A stretch of 64,000 bases of DNA, taken from NCBI RefSeq assembly GCF_006345805.1, contig NC_043013.1, forward strand, positions 56,110,001 through 56,174,000. Direction: 5' to 3'. The translations under genes were made by a program, and so were the position numbers. This DNA is from Octopus sinensis (lineage: Eukaryota). This document shows, piece by piece, positions 11,473 to 26,119 of this stretch. Below the pieces are notes generated by a model, which worked only from the letters and a program-made list of their open reading frames with translations, did no database searches and was not told the DNA's origin. The stretch's first letter is position 1, and each line of letters opens with the position of its first letter.

Positions 11473-13542
11473 TTGTTGCTGCTGCCGCTGCCGTCACTGA
11501 GCTGCTACTACTGTCACTGCTGTTGCTTTTGTTATTGTCCTTGTCGACACCTAAAGTTGTGACATTGCTTAGAGACGAAGCATTTTTCGCCCCGTTAATG
11601 TCATTAAGTTTAAGCCATTCGATGTTGGTATTCTCATTTCTTTCCTTGTTCTCAAAATTTATTAACAAGGAGAGTGTTGCTTTATCGAACCTTATCATGT
11701 TTTCTTCATCAATCATGTTTAAAAAAAATTGTAGAAAACTGCGAAATGTTTGTTTTTGCCGAAAGCAGTTAAAATTCAAAAATTAATTAGGCACACGGCC
11801 TGCAAAACATGGTGTGTTTCTATACAAAAATACTATCTGCACAATCCAGACAATCTCCGAAATATAATGGTAACGACAGAAATGAAAAGACAGGGCCTTA
11901 GAATGCCGAAAAGATTACAAACACTTTTTCAACTTATGGAGCACCATATTTCCCTGACTTCACAGTATGACAGCCATCATAGAGTTCTCTGCTGTTTTTG
12001 CAACTCGATCGCACCAACCAACAAATTTTCCATAATTTTATGATTATTTTCATAAAATTCACACAATAAAAATTTTTTGTGAGTTTGTTAACTCCTCGTG
12101 CATTGCTTAAATCCTTGTTGAGTTTATTGATTCTTCATGAGTTGTTTAAATCTTCGCCACCACTGTTATAATCCTTAAAATGTTGGACTGTTATAATGCC
12201 CACTTCAGTATACAGTATACTTAGTAAAACCAGTAAAAGCATGACTATCTCTGACCGTCTACTGCTCTGCTGTTACTGCTGTTGTTGTTAAGCAACAAGA
12301 CAGGTAAGGGTGATTAGGTGATGGTCAAAGGGCTTAGGGATGGGAGACCCCAGACCTTGGAAAAAAAAAAAAACTTTGGTCGTCTTGTTGTAGTCGAGGG
12401 CTCTTCGTTGACGCCCGACACCACTGGGAGGTGGCCCTCGAAGTCGCTGGAAATGGAGATCTCCAGGTCCAAATTCATGAACGGCTGCTGTTGCTGTTGC
12501 TACAGCTGCTTGAAGCAGCATCAATTCCAATTGAGTGAACCAAGGATCAAACGTGCTTCTTGTGTGTCAATGCTGATACCTTCTTTGGAAGCCCAGAGTG
12601 ACTTCCATTACATTCTCTGATTCCTCTTTTGTTTTTAAAAGATGGCTGTTATTTCTATGATTTTGAGCTTCTTGTAAAGGCTGCTCCTTGTTGCTGGTGG
12701 TGGGAACCCCCAGCCCTTTCCTAGCTTCAGGAGACCAAAGAACGCTGAGAAAGAAATGCAATGGTTCAGGTCTGAGGATGTTAGGCTTCACAGTGATAAT
12801 TTGGAATGGAAATTGTCCAATTACATACAACATGACCTTATAAGCAATAAAGAAGCATGATGATGTTGACAATGGTGATGATACGTTTCTTTTCCTAGTC
12901 TTTAGACTGGAGCCATGCTGGAGCAGTGTCTCCCAGTAGTGTAAATTCCCGAAACTGATTCTCTGAAAATCTTACTAATTTCTCTTTATCAAATTTTGAA
13001 ATCCTCCTTCGCCATTAAACAACATAACATTGGTGGATCAAAATACAGCAAGGTATTTTTGAGTAGTAGATTAATGCGTTGGCACAATTCTTGTCTACCA
13101 TACTTCACTCATAAATCTTTGATCAGCCATCAATCAAAGTAGGTGACCTTAACTGAAAATGCTATATAACGGGATTGAACTGGAAGCCGTTGCATCCCCA
13201 AAGCAAATGAAGACCTTAGCTGAAAGTGCTCTGCAACAGGATTGAACTGGGAACTGTTGCCTCTCCAAAGAAATTCTATTAAATGCACAGCCATGTCTGT
13301 ACTAGTTGGTAAATTTTAATTTAAATTTCATAACAATAAGGCTATGCAAATGACTGCAGCTATTCATGATTAAAGCTCTCATCGAGATAAATATATTCAG
13401 CTGTTAACAATAGATCCATATTTTGTTTCAGTTAGCAGTTGATTATTTTCTTTTAGCATTCAGCATTGTTCTTTTCATGTAAGAATGCCATCATGGCTTC
13501 TTTTCTTAGTTTTTATTCTTTTCATTTACAGAAACATCAACT

Positions 13543-13607
<65 letters not shown>

Positions 13608-14559
13608 TCTTACAACTACCACAAATGAGTTCTGTTACAACATTAAAATGCAGTCAATTTTATCTTTATGAATTTAATTTACTCGATCTGTAAGAATGAC
13701 ATCATTATAGAGCTACAGACGAAAAGGATGGAATGATGGCTGTGTAGATGGGGGGGAGGATGAAACTAAAAATTGTTGTGTTTTGAATTTGCAAAATTTG
13801 TCTTTTTACATTTTAGTCAGGAGGGCAGACAATGTTGAAGAGACTTCACAGATCTCCTGTGACCGGGGGGGGGGGGGGCAGGGTGGAAGGAATGTATCCT
13901 TCAATGGGAAACCTGGCTTTAACACTCGTAACAGAGTGGACTTTGTCAGAGGCATCCATGGTGCTACATGGTGGTACTAAACTGGGCTATGAAGTCCACC
14001 GTCTAAAGAGACCATTGTAAGATTTGAACTCAGAATGCACACAGCCAGAGCAAATCCTGCATGATATTCAGTCAAACATTCTGAAAGTTGCTTCCTTTTT
14101 ATCAACCCTGGACAGTTGAAATGGCAAAGTCAACCTCAAAAGATTTGAACGTAGAGGTGAGAGATACACAACAAATACCATGATCCACCTGTCCAAAACT
14201 CTAACCACTGCACCATTGAACAGTCTTCTGCTTACTTAATTAGTTGAGTAATGCCAGGTGACTTCATACTTAATGAATTGCGGCACAGTGTGACAGTGTA
14301 ATTTTGAATTACTTAAAGATCACAGAAGTGGCACTGAGGGAGTCAATGAAAGAGATATAAAACAGAGGGGCCAAATGTTGAAAGTATTTGAGGGAAATTT
14401 AGGAAAAAGATAAAAGGGAACATGATAGTTAGTTTTGACAAAATGTAAACTGGTTTTGTTCCAGAACTGAAAACTGTAAATGCCATGTTTCTGGAAGCAA
14501 AAAAAAAAAACAATTATTAACTAAGAACAAACCTCTTTACACCTGAGAATTCAGAAAAG

Positions 14560-14890
14560 CTCTTTCACAAGGTCATACACACTTTAAAAGAAAATATACA
14601 GATAATCATAAAATTATTCACTCTTTCACGAGGTCATATACTCTTTTGCAACGTCATACATACAATCAAATAAATTGTATAGACTATCAAATGGTTATAC
14701 ACTCTTACACAAGGTTATGCACAGTTTCACAAGAATATGCACACTTTTCAAAAATCATGCAGACAATCATTAGGTCACACCTTCTTTCATAAGGTCAAAC
14801 ACACATAAAAAAAAAAAGAATATCACAAGGTTATACACATAAAAAAAGATATATATACTGTTACGAGGTCATACATTGTTTTACAAGGTT
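14560..14890. repeat. Degenerate minisatellite with core (C/T)ACAAGGT(C/T)ATACAC
   Basis: The core recurs about 8 times at irregular spacing (about 14565, 14625, 14692, 14708, 14788, 14824, 14862, 14882). Confidence 0.6.
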
Positions 14891-14989
14891 TTACGCCACA
14901 CTACAAAAGATATTGGAATGGTTTTTGTGGTTCTTCAGTCTTTTAATTTGGTTCGCAGGAATTCTTATCTTAAACAAGGCATAGAACCC

Positions 14990-15560
14990 AATATCATTTT
15001 CGTTTGGAAGATACATAATTGAAACTGTTAATTTTCTTGGACAATGCTGTGTCATATTTGCAAGGAAACAGCAAATCAGTTCAGGTGTGGATGTCTGGAA
15101 ACTTTGGTATGTCGATGACGATCTGGTTCTCATTTCAGAATCTGTTGAAAATTAGTTCTAAACCTGAAGCAAGGAAGGTAGGGGATGGAAAGTAACATGG
15201 CAAACACTAAGGAATTAATCAGGAACCCAAACCACAATATTTACCATTATTTGGGGAAGAATATTTCTTTGTAGTTTGTAGTCAGAGAGAACATGATTTG
15301 AGTGGGAGGACAATGTTCTTGTATCCTGTTGAACAGATTGCCAGAGAACTGTGAGAAAGGATAGGAAATAAGGAATTTGGCCAAAGTATGTACCTGATAT
15401 CAGTGCAAATGTAAGGGGGTGTGGCATAAATAAATGATGCCTTAGATGGGAAAAGGACCATCTATTTTCAGGGAAACATATGAAAGGAAGGAAATAAAAT
15501 TTATAAAATAAGTTTGTGTGTTGCATTGATAGGTGAGATTTGACATTTCAGGAAAAGTGC
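14990..15560 (+). mobile_element. Degraded RTE LINE RT fragment
   Basis: LWYVDDDLVLISES (YADD-like motif) followed by GMESNMANTK, similar to the RTE consensus GLRVNLAKTK; multiple stops and frameshifts. Confidence 0.5.
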
Positions 15561-16244
15561 TTCTTTGAAGAAATGGTAAATATGCTGGAAGAATGTGAAG
15601 GATTTTGAATGGAAGCAAAAACTAGATGGTAAGTGTGATTAGGTAGCATAAAGTAGGGGACAGGCCAATAGACTATGGAACAAAGGAAAATAATTATATT
15701 TTGTCAGGAAGGGAAAATTACATACAGTCAGGGAAAAAAAGGTTAAGACAACACATACACACACACACTCATACATACATACATGCATACATACATATGT
15801 ATATATGTGTGTGTATATATATATATATGTGTGTGTGTGTGTAATGAGGTTACCGATGTGTATGTGTGAGGGGGTGTTGTATGGTGATACAAAAACATTA
15901 ACAGTTGCACACCACAGAAATAAGAGTAACATCCAACCCTGAAGGGTTCCAAAAAGGCAGCAGAAAAGTTAAGAAAGACAGAACTTTGGTATGGTGAGGG
16001 AGAGGGGTAGGAATTGGGGACAGATAGAAAATGGTTTATTGATGCCAGTGTAAGAAGTTGTAATGAAAAGGAAGATGACAGGTTTTTATTGATGTTTAGA
16101 GTTCAACTGAAGGGATAGGATTAGATCTCAGAACATTAGGATTCGGAGATGAGTAAAGAAAGGCTGAAAAATGAGAAGATATGCTACAAGGTAAACCAGT
16201 GAAACCCATAAAAGCATGGCAGGCATTAAAACATTGGTGATGGT

Positions 16245-16291
16245 GATGAACAAAGATGATGATGATGATGATGATGACATTGATGATGATA

Positions 16292-16325
<34 letters not shown>

Positions 16326-16456
16326 CGACGATGATGATGGTGATGATGATGATGATGACGACGATGATGATGATGGCAATGATGATGGTGATGATGATGT
16401 GATGATGATGATGATGATGATGATGATGACGATGATGATGATGGCAATGATGATGG

Positions 16457-16514
<58 letters not shown>

Positions 16515-16672
16515 AATGGTGATGATGATGATGAGCTGATGATGAGGATGATGATGATGATGAGGTGATGATGATGAGGTGATGATGATGATGATATTGA
16601 TGATGATGACAATGATGATGATGTTGATGATGATGATAACGACAATGATGATGACCATGACGTTGGTGATGA
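16245..16672. repeat. (GAT)n compound microsatellite
   Basis: About 430 bp of GAT/GAC/GGT triplets; source of the poly-H/poly-D/poly-I ORFs. Confidence 0.95.
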
Positions 16673-17269
16673 TGGTTCTGTCTTGTCGGATACACAAAAT
16701 GGTGAGGAAAAGTTTGGTAGGCACCATGCTGTGATTACTTATTTCTGACTCCCTTTACAAAACCTATTTTGAGTGAGAAAAGACCACAAGAGCTGGAAAG
16801 AGGAGGGTTAATTCGGTCTCAATAGTTGATTGATATTTTATTTATTTACCTCAAAGAGTAAAGCTGATTTTGATGTCATTTGAACTCAGATTGCAGAGAG
16901 CTGAAACAATTACAACGGCCTAATTAAGTGGGAATCTGAATGTCAGCCAGTTTAACACCCCAACAACCTGGTTAGTGGGGTACTCTTAATGGGGTGCACT
17001 CTATTGTAAACATTGCAGTCAATTATTAAGCTGGAAGATAACCATCTCTGTACTTTAGCCAATTTGAGGAAGGGCACACCCTCCCTGCACTAGTTTCAGA
17101 GACCCGGAAAAGTTTCCTTGGCTCTTCTTTGAGTTGTTGAAACAATAAGAACAAGGAGGTGCTGGTATGGGTATGTGGTAAGAAGTTTGCTTCCCAACCA
17201 CAGGATTCTGGGTTCAGTCCCATTGCATGGCACCTTGGTCAAGTGCCATATAATAATAATGAAATTATT

Positions 17270-17905
17270 GTATACAGTGCTCAGGTACACCACAACTTGT
17301 CAAAAGTGCGTATAAAGCATATGAAGTAATGTACAAATGTCTGGAAAGTGAACAGTGTATGAGTCAGATACATGCTTGCGTGTGTATGGAGGGGAGAAAA
17401 TCAGGTGTAGTGTTGGCGAATCTCAGGCATCATGGAAGTTTTGAAGGACAACTAACAACTGGTGCCAGCAGTTTGTTCCATGCTTCAGTAACTCTTAGCG
17501 TGAAAAAATGTTTCCAAAAGTCATGGAAGCTGTGCTATTTTCTGACTTTGTAAACATGTCCACGGGTGTTAGACAGGTGGAGTTTGAAAAGGTGCTCAGA
17601 GTTATTGTTAGTAAGATGGTTAATAATTTCATGGGTGTCTGCCAAGTCAGCTGCCAGACGTCGGAGTGTCAATGTATCCATGCCCAGGAAAGTAAGGCGT
17701 TCAGAATATGGCAAATGCCTAATGGAGGGTATTCTCTTGGCTGCACGTCACTGAACGGTTTCCAGATGATTAATATCCTGGGCAAGATAGGGTTCCAGAC
17801 CGGTGATGCAAATTCCAGGCGAGGTCGTACCATAGCTATATAAACTCTCAGGTAGATAGCCAGAGAGCAGCTCACAAAGGACTTGGTGTGTGATGCCAAG
17901 ACACC
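17270..17905 (-). mobile_element. CR1-clade LINE 3' fragment
   Basis: YIAMVRPRLEFASPVWNP; in another frame INHLE.VQRRATKRIP...LPYSERLTFLGMDTLTLRRLAADL...FFTLRVTEAWNKL, a characteristic CR1 C-terminus. Confidence 0.85.
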
Positions 17906-18696
17906 CTCAGCCTTATTGGCAATTTAAGCAATGTGTTTTGTCTTCTACAGCCTCAGGCTGACCAAAGTCCTCTGAGTAGACGTGGCAGAAGGAAATTTAA
18001 AGAAACCCATTGTGTGTGTGTGTGTGTATGTGTGTATCTGTGTGTGTGTGCATATGTGCATGTGTGTGTGTGGGGGTATGTGTGTGTGTTGGAAAAAAAT
18101 AGTACTAGGGCTGATTCATTTGACTAAAGATTCTTCAAGGCAGTACTGCCCCAGCATGGCCACAGTCTAATGGCTGAAAACAAGTAAAAGGTAAAAGATA
18201 AAACTACAAAACAAAATATCAAGGGCTGACGCAAGCAACAACAACATTTGTAATGCTTTCAGACTCTGTTGTCATTTTAAGTGAATCTCCTCCACCAGAA
18301 TTTAATGTCAACCGTTTCAGAAGATACATCAAAAATATGACAACTGAGAAAATAAATGGGAATGTTCTCGGTAGAAAAGTCCTTCAAATAATTTAGCTCA
18401 GATATTGGAATCATAAATTTATATTTAAGCTTTACAACTTATTTATGTTTCCCCTTTAAACTCATTCATTTCTCATACCACATAGAAAGTAGTTCACATT
18501 TAACTCAGCTTTAATGTCAAACGCACACCTCGTAATGAGATAATGTCTGAGGTAGGCTTGTTTCTAACACACCTCTGCTAAAATTTTAATTCATTAAAAC
18601 ACGATATAAAACTTTTAAATAGTCTTTCTGCAAAAAATGCAAATAAATTTAATGTGTGATGTGACCTTTTAATGACTCTGGCTGATAGATTTAATG

Positions 18697-18699
<3 letters not shown>

Positions 18700-18747
<48 letters not shown>

Positions 18748-18853
18748 CTTCATCGTTGTCGTCGTCATCATCATCATCATCATCATTATTATCATCATCA
18801 TCATTATTATTATTATTATTATCATCGTTGTTGTCGTCGTCACCATCATCGTC

Positions 18854-18903
<50 letters not shown>

Positions 18904-18957
18904 GATTATCTTCATCGTCGTCATCGTCATCATCATCATCATCATCATTATTATCAC

Positions 18958-18989
<32 letters not shown>

Positions 18990-18990
18990 C
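18700..18990. repeat. (ATT)n/(CAT)n compound microsatellite
   Basis: Alternating ATT and CAT/CGT triplet blocks. Confidence 0.95.
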
Positions 18991-19799
18991 CCAAGAATAG
19001 ATTTTATTTGAATTCCATTAATTATTCTTTTAATAAAAAGGATCCAAAATAGTGTTTTACTTCATTAGTTATTAAAAATTTGTGGAATTTTTAAGGTTTT
19101 TACGGTTCACTTAAACTAGCGATGTTTGTCCATCAAAAATATTGTTTTCCAATGTTTAAGCATGAGATGTCTAATCTCTCTGGTATTTTAGAAACATTGA
19201 TTTATAAATAATAAATAACAAAAATGGAGAAATGTTTGACGTAATTGGCTATGAAATAGGAAGTCATTAAGTATTTATGGATAATGGCAATTGATTAGAG
19301 AAGAGTTAGGAGGGGAGAGGCTGGCTCGGAAACAGGCCCAAATTATTGCATTATAGAAATCCTATGATACATGGAAACAAATTGTTTATGGTAAGCATTG
19401 ATATTGTACAGTGTATATGAAATAAAACCTCTTAGATATGTCAATAGAACAATAGAACAGGGTGGATAATGTATTGTCATTATGGTGTTAATCTTTATAT
19501 TTTAAACATTTTTGGTGGGCAGGAGTACGATTGAAGAATCTTTCTGCTTTTATTCTGTGTCATGTCATTTTGCTGGTGTAATCTACCCTCTCACTGAAAA
19601 CATAGGTGTGTTGTGGATCACAGACATGCTGTCTCTTTTCTCTGCCATTTCTAGCATTTCCACAGTGACTTCTGTGGCTGGTTTTGTTTAACAGAACTAA
19701 GAGTAGTCTTACGTGGGATGGTCATAAAAGGGTTAAATATTAACAAAACTCCTCAAACCACCAATGCTTTCTCCTCCCCCTCCTCCTCCTCCACCCCCT

Positions 19800-20860
19800 C
19801 CTCCCCTCCATGCTCTCAAGTCTTTATAGATCTCCCTTTCCTCCTCTATTATTGCTACCAGAACAGAAACCTCAATCTTTCGCAATTCTCAATTCTCTAC
19901 AATAATTATTCTGGTAAAACAGAAATCTGGATTTCTGTTAATGATGAAACTCTTGAAACCAATCTGTTGAAATTTACTGAGATTCTTGTAAAAAATGGCC
20001 ATCAGTCATAGAGAAGGTCTGGGACGTAAGGTGGGTGGGGTAAGGTTTTGTAGCTTAGTTTGTTCAACTTCTGCTGTGCCTTTCATGAGAAAGGTGATCA
20101 GATGTCTTCGAGAAGAATTGCTCTTTTACAATTTACCAATGCTGGAGATAGACATTGCTCCATACAAGATACATTCTATTAATTTCTTGGAAACACTTTT
20201 CTTCTATGACTTTGCCAGTAAAAGTAGATTCCACTTGGTAATCACCAAACAATTGGCATAACTGATTTTGAAATAGCTTTGGTCTGGGCAAGTCTTTTGG
20301 TATGTCATCCCAGACTTCTTGCTACATGGAATGCCATTGGCTCTCATGGAGAATCTATTTTTCATCATTAATCCCAATACAAATAAGAAATGGATTGTTT
20401 CATCGTGCAAAAAAAACAAAAACAGAAATGCAGAACGGACTTGATAATGGCAATTTATTTTCATTTATCCAGCTTCTGTGGCACCATTTCTTGAATTGCG
20501 TTGATATTTTAATGAAGAGCAAGTTTTATATGTTCATTGGAAAAAGCTTAGGTAATATTTGTGGCCAACTTTTACTGCTTTGTGCTTCATTTTGAGTTTA
20601 TACTACAAAATCAGTCAAATTTGTCTATTTTTCCATCTCTAATTTGACAGCTTAAAACAAGCAAGAATAAACAGTGTCATCAAACATACAGAATCCACAC
20701 TTGACATTGGTACATGATATGACCATTGTTCAATAAAAATTTATTCAAAGATAAACATGTTTCAGTTTCTATCATGACATCATCTTTAATATCTATTTTT
20801 TAAATTCGAAAATCACTTACACAGAATTTACTAATTTATTGCAATCTTGTGTCACTTTGT
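19800..20860 (-). mobile_element. Heavily degraded mariner (DD34D-type) element
   Basis: Across frames: LIL*YKLKMKHKA (N-terminus), PFLICIGINDEK*ILHE (PFL..IVT.DEKWILY), AILLEDI*SP (LLHDNARP), THPPYVPDL (HPPYSPDL). Confidence 0.75.
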
Positions 20861-23800
20861 TGAGATCAGTGTTCACCATTTCTTCCTATGTCTTTTCAAC
20901 TGGGTCTCCTTTCTTCCTGTCTTAGAGGATCCATCCTCTTGGATTGCTTGCCACTTCTTTAAGCCACCACAAATCTCCACACACATAACACATCCTTATC
21001 ATTACAATTTGCTCTGTGCTTTTTGCAGCTAATTCCTCTTACACCTACCATTCTTCTCACTTCATTTATGCTCTGTTATTCATCCGGACTGACATTACAC
21101 ATCCAACTTGATATTCAAAATTAAAATGGATTATTTCTATGAAAGAAGCAGAGAAACAATTTGTTTTATTTCTAAAAATAAAGATTTGTATTTGTGATTC
21201 AGAAATGTCCACCTTAGCTCTGCTTCTACAACATTACATCTGCATTTATACATAAACATACCACCAACCTCAAACTCGCTTAACTCTCAGCTAATCTTCT
21301 TCTTATCATTAAGCCTCTTTCTGAAGAAGCCATTGGTATCTCTTTAATCCTGTAAACATAAATCATTTGGATAGTATCACTTGAAATTGCAGTGAAAACC
21401 TTACAAGGATTAGATTCATCAAACACAGCTTAATTATTTCAACAGCAATGTGTGCATTTGTGTGCTTATCTGCATGTGTGTGTGTGTGTGTGTATCTTTG
21501 CATGCATGTGTGCATTTCAAGTTCAAAGTGTGTTTGTGTGGGAGTATGTTACATTTTTTTCTTCTTCTCAAGGAGAAGATGATCTGATGTCAGCACCATA
21601 AAACCTCTGAAATTAAAGTTATTCTCATTTCACTCTGTTCTTGTCTATTTTGTTGCTGGCCAAGCTGTAGCAGAGGTAATTCAGTTCCTTGTCACTAGAG
21701 TTAATAAAATTACTAACTCTTTGCTGTTACTTTATCTATATGTTAGTCAAACATTAAGAAGAAAAAAGGTGAAAAGGAGTGGCAGGGTGCCATGATATTG
21801 AAGAACTCTTCAACAGTGATTAGTAGAATTTAGCTGATGCCTCACTTCAACATTGAATGAAGGTCAGTGTTTAAGAGGAAAACATAGGCAAGGATGGAAC
21901 CAGCAGTCTGGTCTGAATACTTGTGGCAGAAGTAGCCTCATTAAAGGCACCCAAAACCCAGGTAATGATGTTAGACTAGGAGTTTCAGACTTGGGGTATT
22001 AGTGTCCCATGGTGTTTCACTAACTGAGGTCAAACTAGCGGTGCCAAGTGGTGCTCTTAGACTGGGTTATATTTCATTTGTTTGGGACTATATTTTCTGC
22101 TATTGAAGAGAACCACACCTTTTGCAATGCAGTTTTGGTTTTATGGGTGAATGTGAACCTTGCATTATTGCAGAAAATTGTGATGATTTAAATGTAATTG
22201 ATGCAAAGTTGGGTAAAACAAATTCTATGTTCTCTGTATGGAATCATTTCCTGGTGTGTTAAAGACAAGGATAAAGAGCAATCTTAGATAACGGTTGTTG
22301 TTCTTTGATAATTAAAGAGGAATGTGGAGGCACACATAAACAGAAAACAATATAAAAGAGAAACATTTCTTGGAGACAGATAAAAATATGAAAAGAACAG
22401 AGAAATTCAAGAATAAAATATTTGAAATAATGGCAACATGCTGCAATGAAGTCGTCTCCATCTTTTTGTTATGCAAAAGAGCTGAGTAAAATCAATTACT
22501 TCCTATTGTTTCTTATTTAATTAAAGTTGCTTTATTATCATTTTCGCATCATTTTATCGTTTGCTTTTTCTCTTTTGCAGTTATTAGCAATAAATTATGG
22601 TGGTATTCTTGATTCTAATTTCCTTCTTCTTTTGTGGAAGGTATGAAGCCCACCTGTAGGTTGTTTAATGTTAAATACTATTTCTTATTTAAGAGGATGT
22701 AATGCACTTGTCCTCAATTGATTTCATGCCGTATAATTAAGATGTTCTGAACTCTAATTGGTACAATGCTTAAGTGCAGATTCTTTAACGACTTTTTGGT
22801 AGGAATCAATTTTTAGCTAATGACATTTTTTCCTAAGGGGTTTTTTCTCACATTAGTCATATTCATACATAAGACAAAACCTAAGTTAATAGAAGTCAGA
22901 AATAAAACAAGTTAGGATCTTTTAATGTCTAATTACACTTTAAGAAAATAGCAACAGAGACCGAAACTAGTGCTGGACCTTTATTAGATCATGAAATATT
23001 TGATGATGTGGCATGTGACATGGAATAAAATACTGTCACTGTATGTATTAATTAAAAAGTCGTTAATTATACAAGAGTTTGTCACATGACCCTTACCAGT
23101 TAATGAGAAAAAATCTTCCTGCTTGGTTGTTGAACTTTTGAGAAATAGCAACCAGATCATTTGCAAATCACATACAACGCTCTTAGAAATAATGTCTACA
23201 TCAGATAAATCAGTTGTTCTTGTTGAGCTAATAATGTTCTAGATTTTGTCCTTTGTTTAACTTGAGAATCACATGTCATCAGTTGTTGTAGCTAACCAGG
23301 TCCTAGAAGAAGATTGTAAGGGACATGACTGCTTTATAGTTAAGTAATTATTACAACATGTTTCACCATTTGATACAGCATTACAACTCATCTGTCAATA
23401 TACACATCATTTCATTTTCATTTATTGCTTGTGTTGAATTATTAAACTTCTTTGTTCTTACGCTAAACAATTACAATAATAAACATTTTAGCTTTCAAAT
23501 TCACGTTGGTGGATTATTATAAAATGATATAATGTAATCAATCACACAAAAAAATATAAAAACAACTTATTAAAAATAGATTTTACAAATTTCAATGTTT
23601 AGCTGATTTACAAATTTTTGTCTGTCTACAAAGAGGTACATATGAAAGATTTTCAGCAACATCGTTGTTAACACTACCATATTTGCCCTAGAACCTCCCC
23701 AGAAAAGATGCCAAAATCTAAGCTTATCTAAGCCCAATTGGATTACCTATGAAAAATAAAAAAAGATAATCCCAATGTAAGGGGACCTTATAAACTTTGG

Positions 23801-24499
23801 ACCCACAAAGACTATTTTACAAAAATGAAAGCAGGTCAGAATAATAAGACTAAGACATATGAAATTCACAATCAAGTGTAGCAAATATGCATTCCCATCA
23901 TCAGCTGCCAAGTGGATTTCACTGTGTTTTCTACATCTGAACAGTACTGTTCAGTCTGGTGTATAATTATTGATGGAATTGAACTGGCTTTGATCTATTT
24001 TGTGAATCTTTTGCTTCCCAACTGGTGGCCTGTTTGCTTCTTTTGTTTGGACTGGTTGGATATCCTGAGTCACTGCAGGGAACGACATTTATTCTGTCAA
24101 TAAATTCTACAGTTATACTAGTGATTCCAGTTTCCAGTTTGATGTATCATGATACAGATTCAGAAAGTCTGGTGGGGAAGGAGAAATGTATTTATACAAG
24201 TTTTTCTAGAAAATAGAAAGAGCCTTTCCTGAGGTATTTCAATAATTGTTGCACATGGCACTGATCAAATAGCATGTAGAATATTAGGTAATATTGTTTC
24301 CTTTTGAAAGGGCCTAACTTCATATAGTTTCATGTATTTCAAGGGCCTAACTTCATATAGTTTCATGTATTTCAAGGGCTAACATAACATAGTTTCTTAT
24401 ATTTTTTTTCCCTTTGTGATTTGCTTTGAGGGATTATATGGAACTGAACAGCTTGCGGAAATAGTGTGTCTAATGAAATAAGGGAAAATGTACATCAGT

Positions 24500-25950
24500 A
24501 GCTATATGATGAAAACTGTTCCTGATAATGCAACTAGGTAGAGACAAAGGAGCACAAGAATATCGGAATGTGCAAATCAGGGTATTTTGAAAACAGATGA
24601 AATAAGAAGTTTTTCTGGAGGAGAAGGGTTAACTGAAAAAGGCAACTGACACACATATTACATACTTCTTTGGTGAAAATGAATTTAAGCCCCAAAGACT
24701 TGTGACCATTCTTTCAGCTTCTGGATGTTAAGGCATTTTCATAGGTTTACATCCAGTTTAAACAAGTCCTCTACATAAGTTATTATCAGAAAAGTCATAG
24801 GCATTGTCTGACCCTTAATTTTTCTGGAATATTATTTCTGATAAGCAGTTCTTAATACCTGTCAGATTACTTATTACTCTTATTACTTCCACTCATCCGC
24901 CCAATGCACCAACAAACATTAATAAAATCTAAATTCCGTGACTTATTTGTGCTTCTTTTGCACATGTCTATGCTTTTATTTCTTTCGGCCATAAGTTTCT
25001 TGACTGACATGATTTCTATTTTCTTCTCCTGTTGGACATCTTTTAACATATTCTTCCACATCTTTACAGTAACCTGGCCAATTTCCATCTAATTTCAACT
25101 CATTCCCTTTTGCTTCTGAGCCACAATGTACTCTATCAGGCACAGTTTTTTTTTTATCATTAATGTTCTTAAACAATTTATATTCTATTTAATAAGGTAC
25201 CAATTTCACATGTTCGCTTCTTCTTCAATGATCAAAATTGTTTCTTCAACAACAAACCAATTCCATCTCTTTCAATATTTGAGTATTTTGCTTCAGATGT
25301 GGTTGATATTTTGAACATATATTCTACAAGATGGCTGTCTTGTGAAAGCATTCTTGAAACAGACTTTTCCTTTGCTTCAATCCTTTATGTAATCTCATTT
25401 GTGATGTCAGAAATGCCTCACTGGCTTTAACAATAACAACAGTTTCTATATTCTGAAATGGTTTTTGGTTTTGACATCCCCACGAAAATGAGACACCATC
25501 TTCACAAAACGGTGTAATCAATGATGTGCAGTCTGATAAAAAATTAATATCTTTCCCATAAACTGGCACAACCAACAAATCATTCTAATTATTTCTATTG
25601 ATGGGTTTAATTCCATAATTTTCACAATAAATGCTAATCTAGTGTCCCATTTTCCTTTATCTGTCCAAATTCCCTCAAAATAGACAGTTCGTCATTCTCT
25701 AACACAGTCTTCAGCTCAATTGAGCACCATGCCTGATAATTCCAACCTTATTTTATGATTCTTTCATCTTTCATGTGTAAACTTTTAGCAGTTTATAGCA
25801 AATTCCTCATCATTTTTGTGAATAATAACATTACCAATGCTATATCCTAAAGCATCTTTCATTTCTCTGCAAGACATAGCACTATTTTTTCTTTTCCAAT
25901 TTCATCTGGAAACATGTCATTCTCATCAATTCCCACCATCTTATCTATTC
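24500..25950 (-). mobile_element. Degraded Ty3/Gypsy pol remnant (RT, connection, integrase zinc-binding region)
   Basis: ORF 25324-25578 YGKDINFLSDCTSLITPFCEDGVSFSWGCQNQKPFQNI resembles the Gypsy RT/connection. ORF 24976-25176 WPGYCKDVEEYVKRCPT resembles the integrase H2C2 motif. Confidence 0.7.
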
Positions 25951-26119
25951 ACCACAGTAACCTACCTTCCTTCAGACCGATGATATATTTGTTATGGTCA
26001 GGAAGGAGGAATAGTGTCCACAGTGTTTTACGAAGCCTCCAAGGATTGGTCACTTACCCTTTTACATTCTTACAAACAACCATTTTAGTTTGTATTCCTT
26101 TATATTAGGCCTAATGTAG

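Noticed and set aside
16096-16727. 199-aa poly-His/poly-Ile/poly-Ser/poly-Asp ORFs
   Set aside because: These are translations of a (GAT)n microsatellite that is open in several frames on both strands. The same applies to ORFs at 18578-19011 and all YIYI/MYVC/HTHT ORFs.
22900-23400. Possible integrase-like remnant
   Set aside because: Similarity is too weak and stop-ridden to call by eye.
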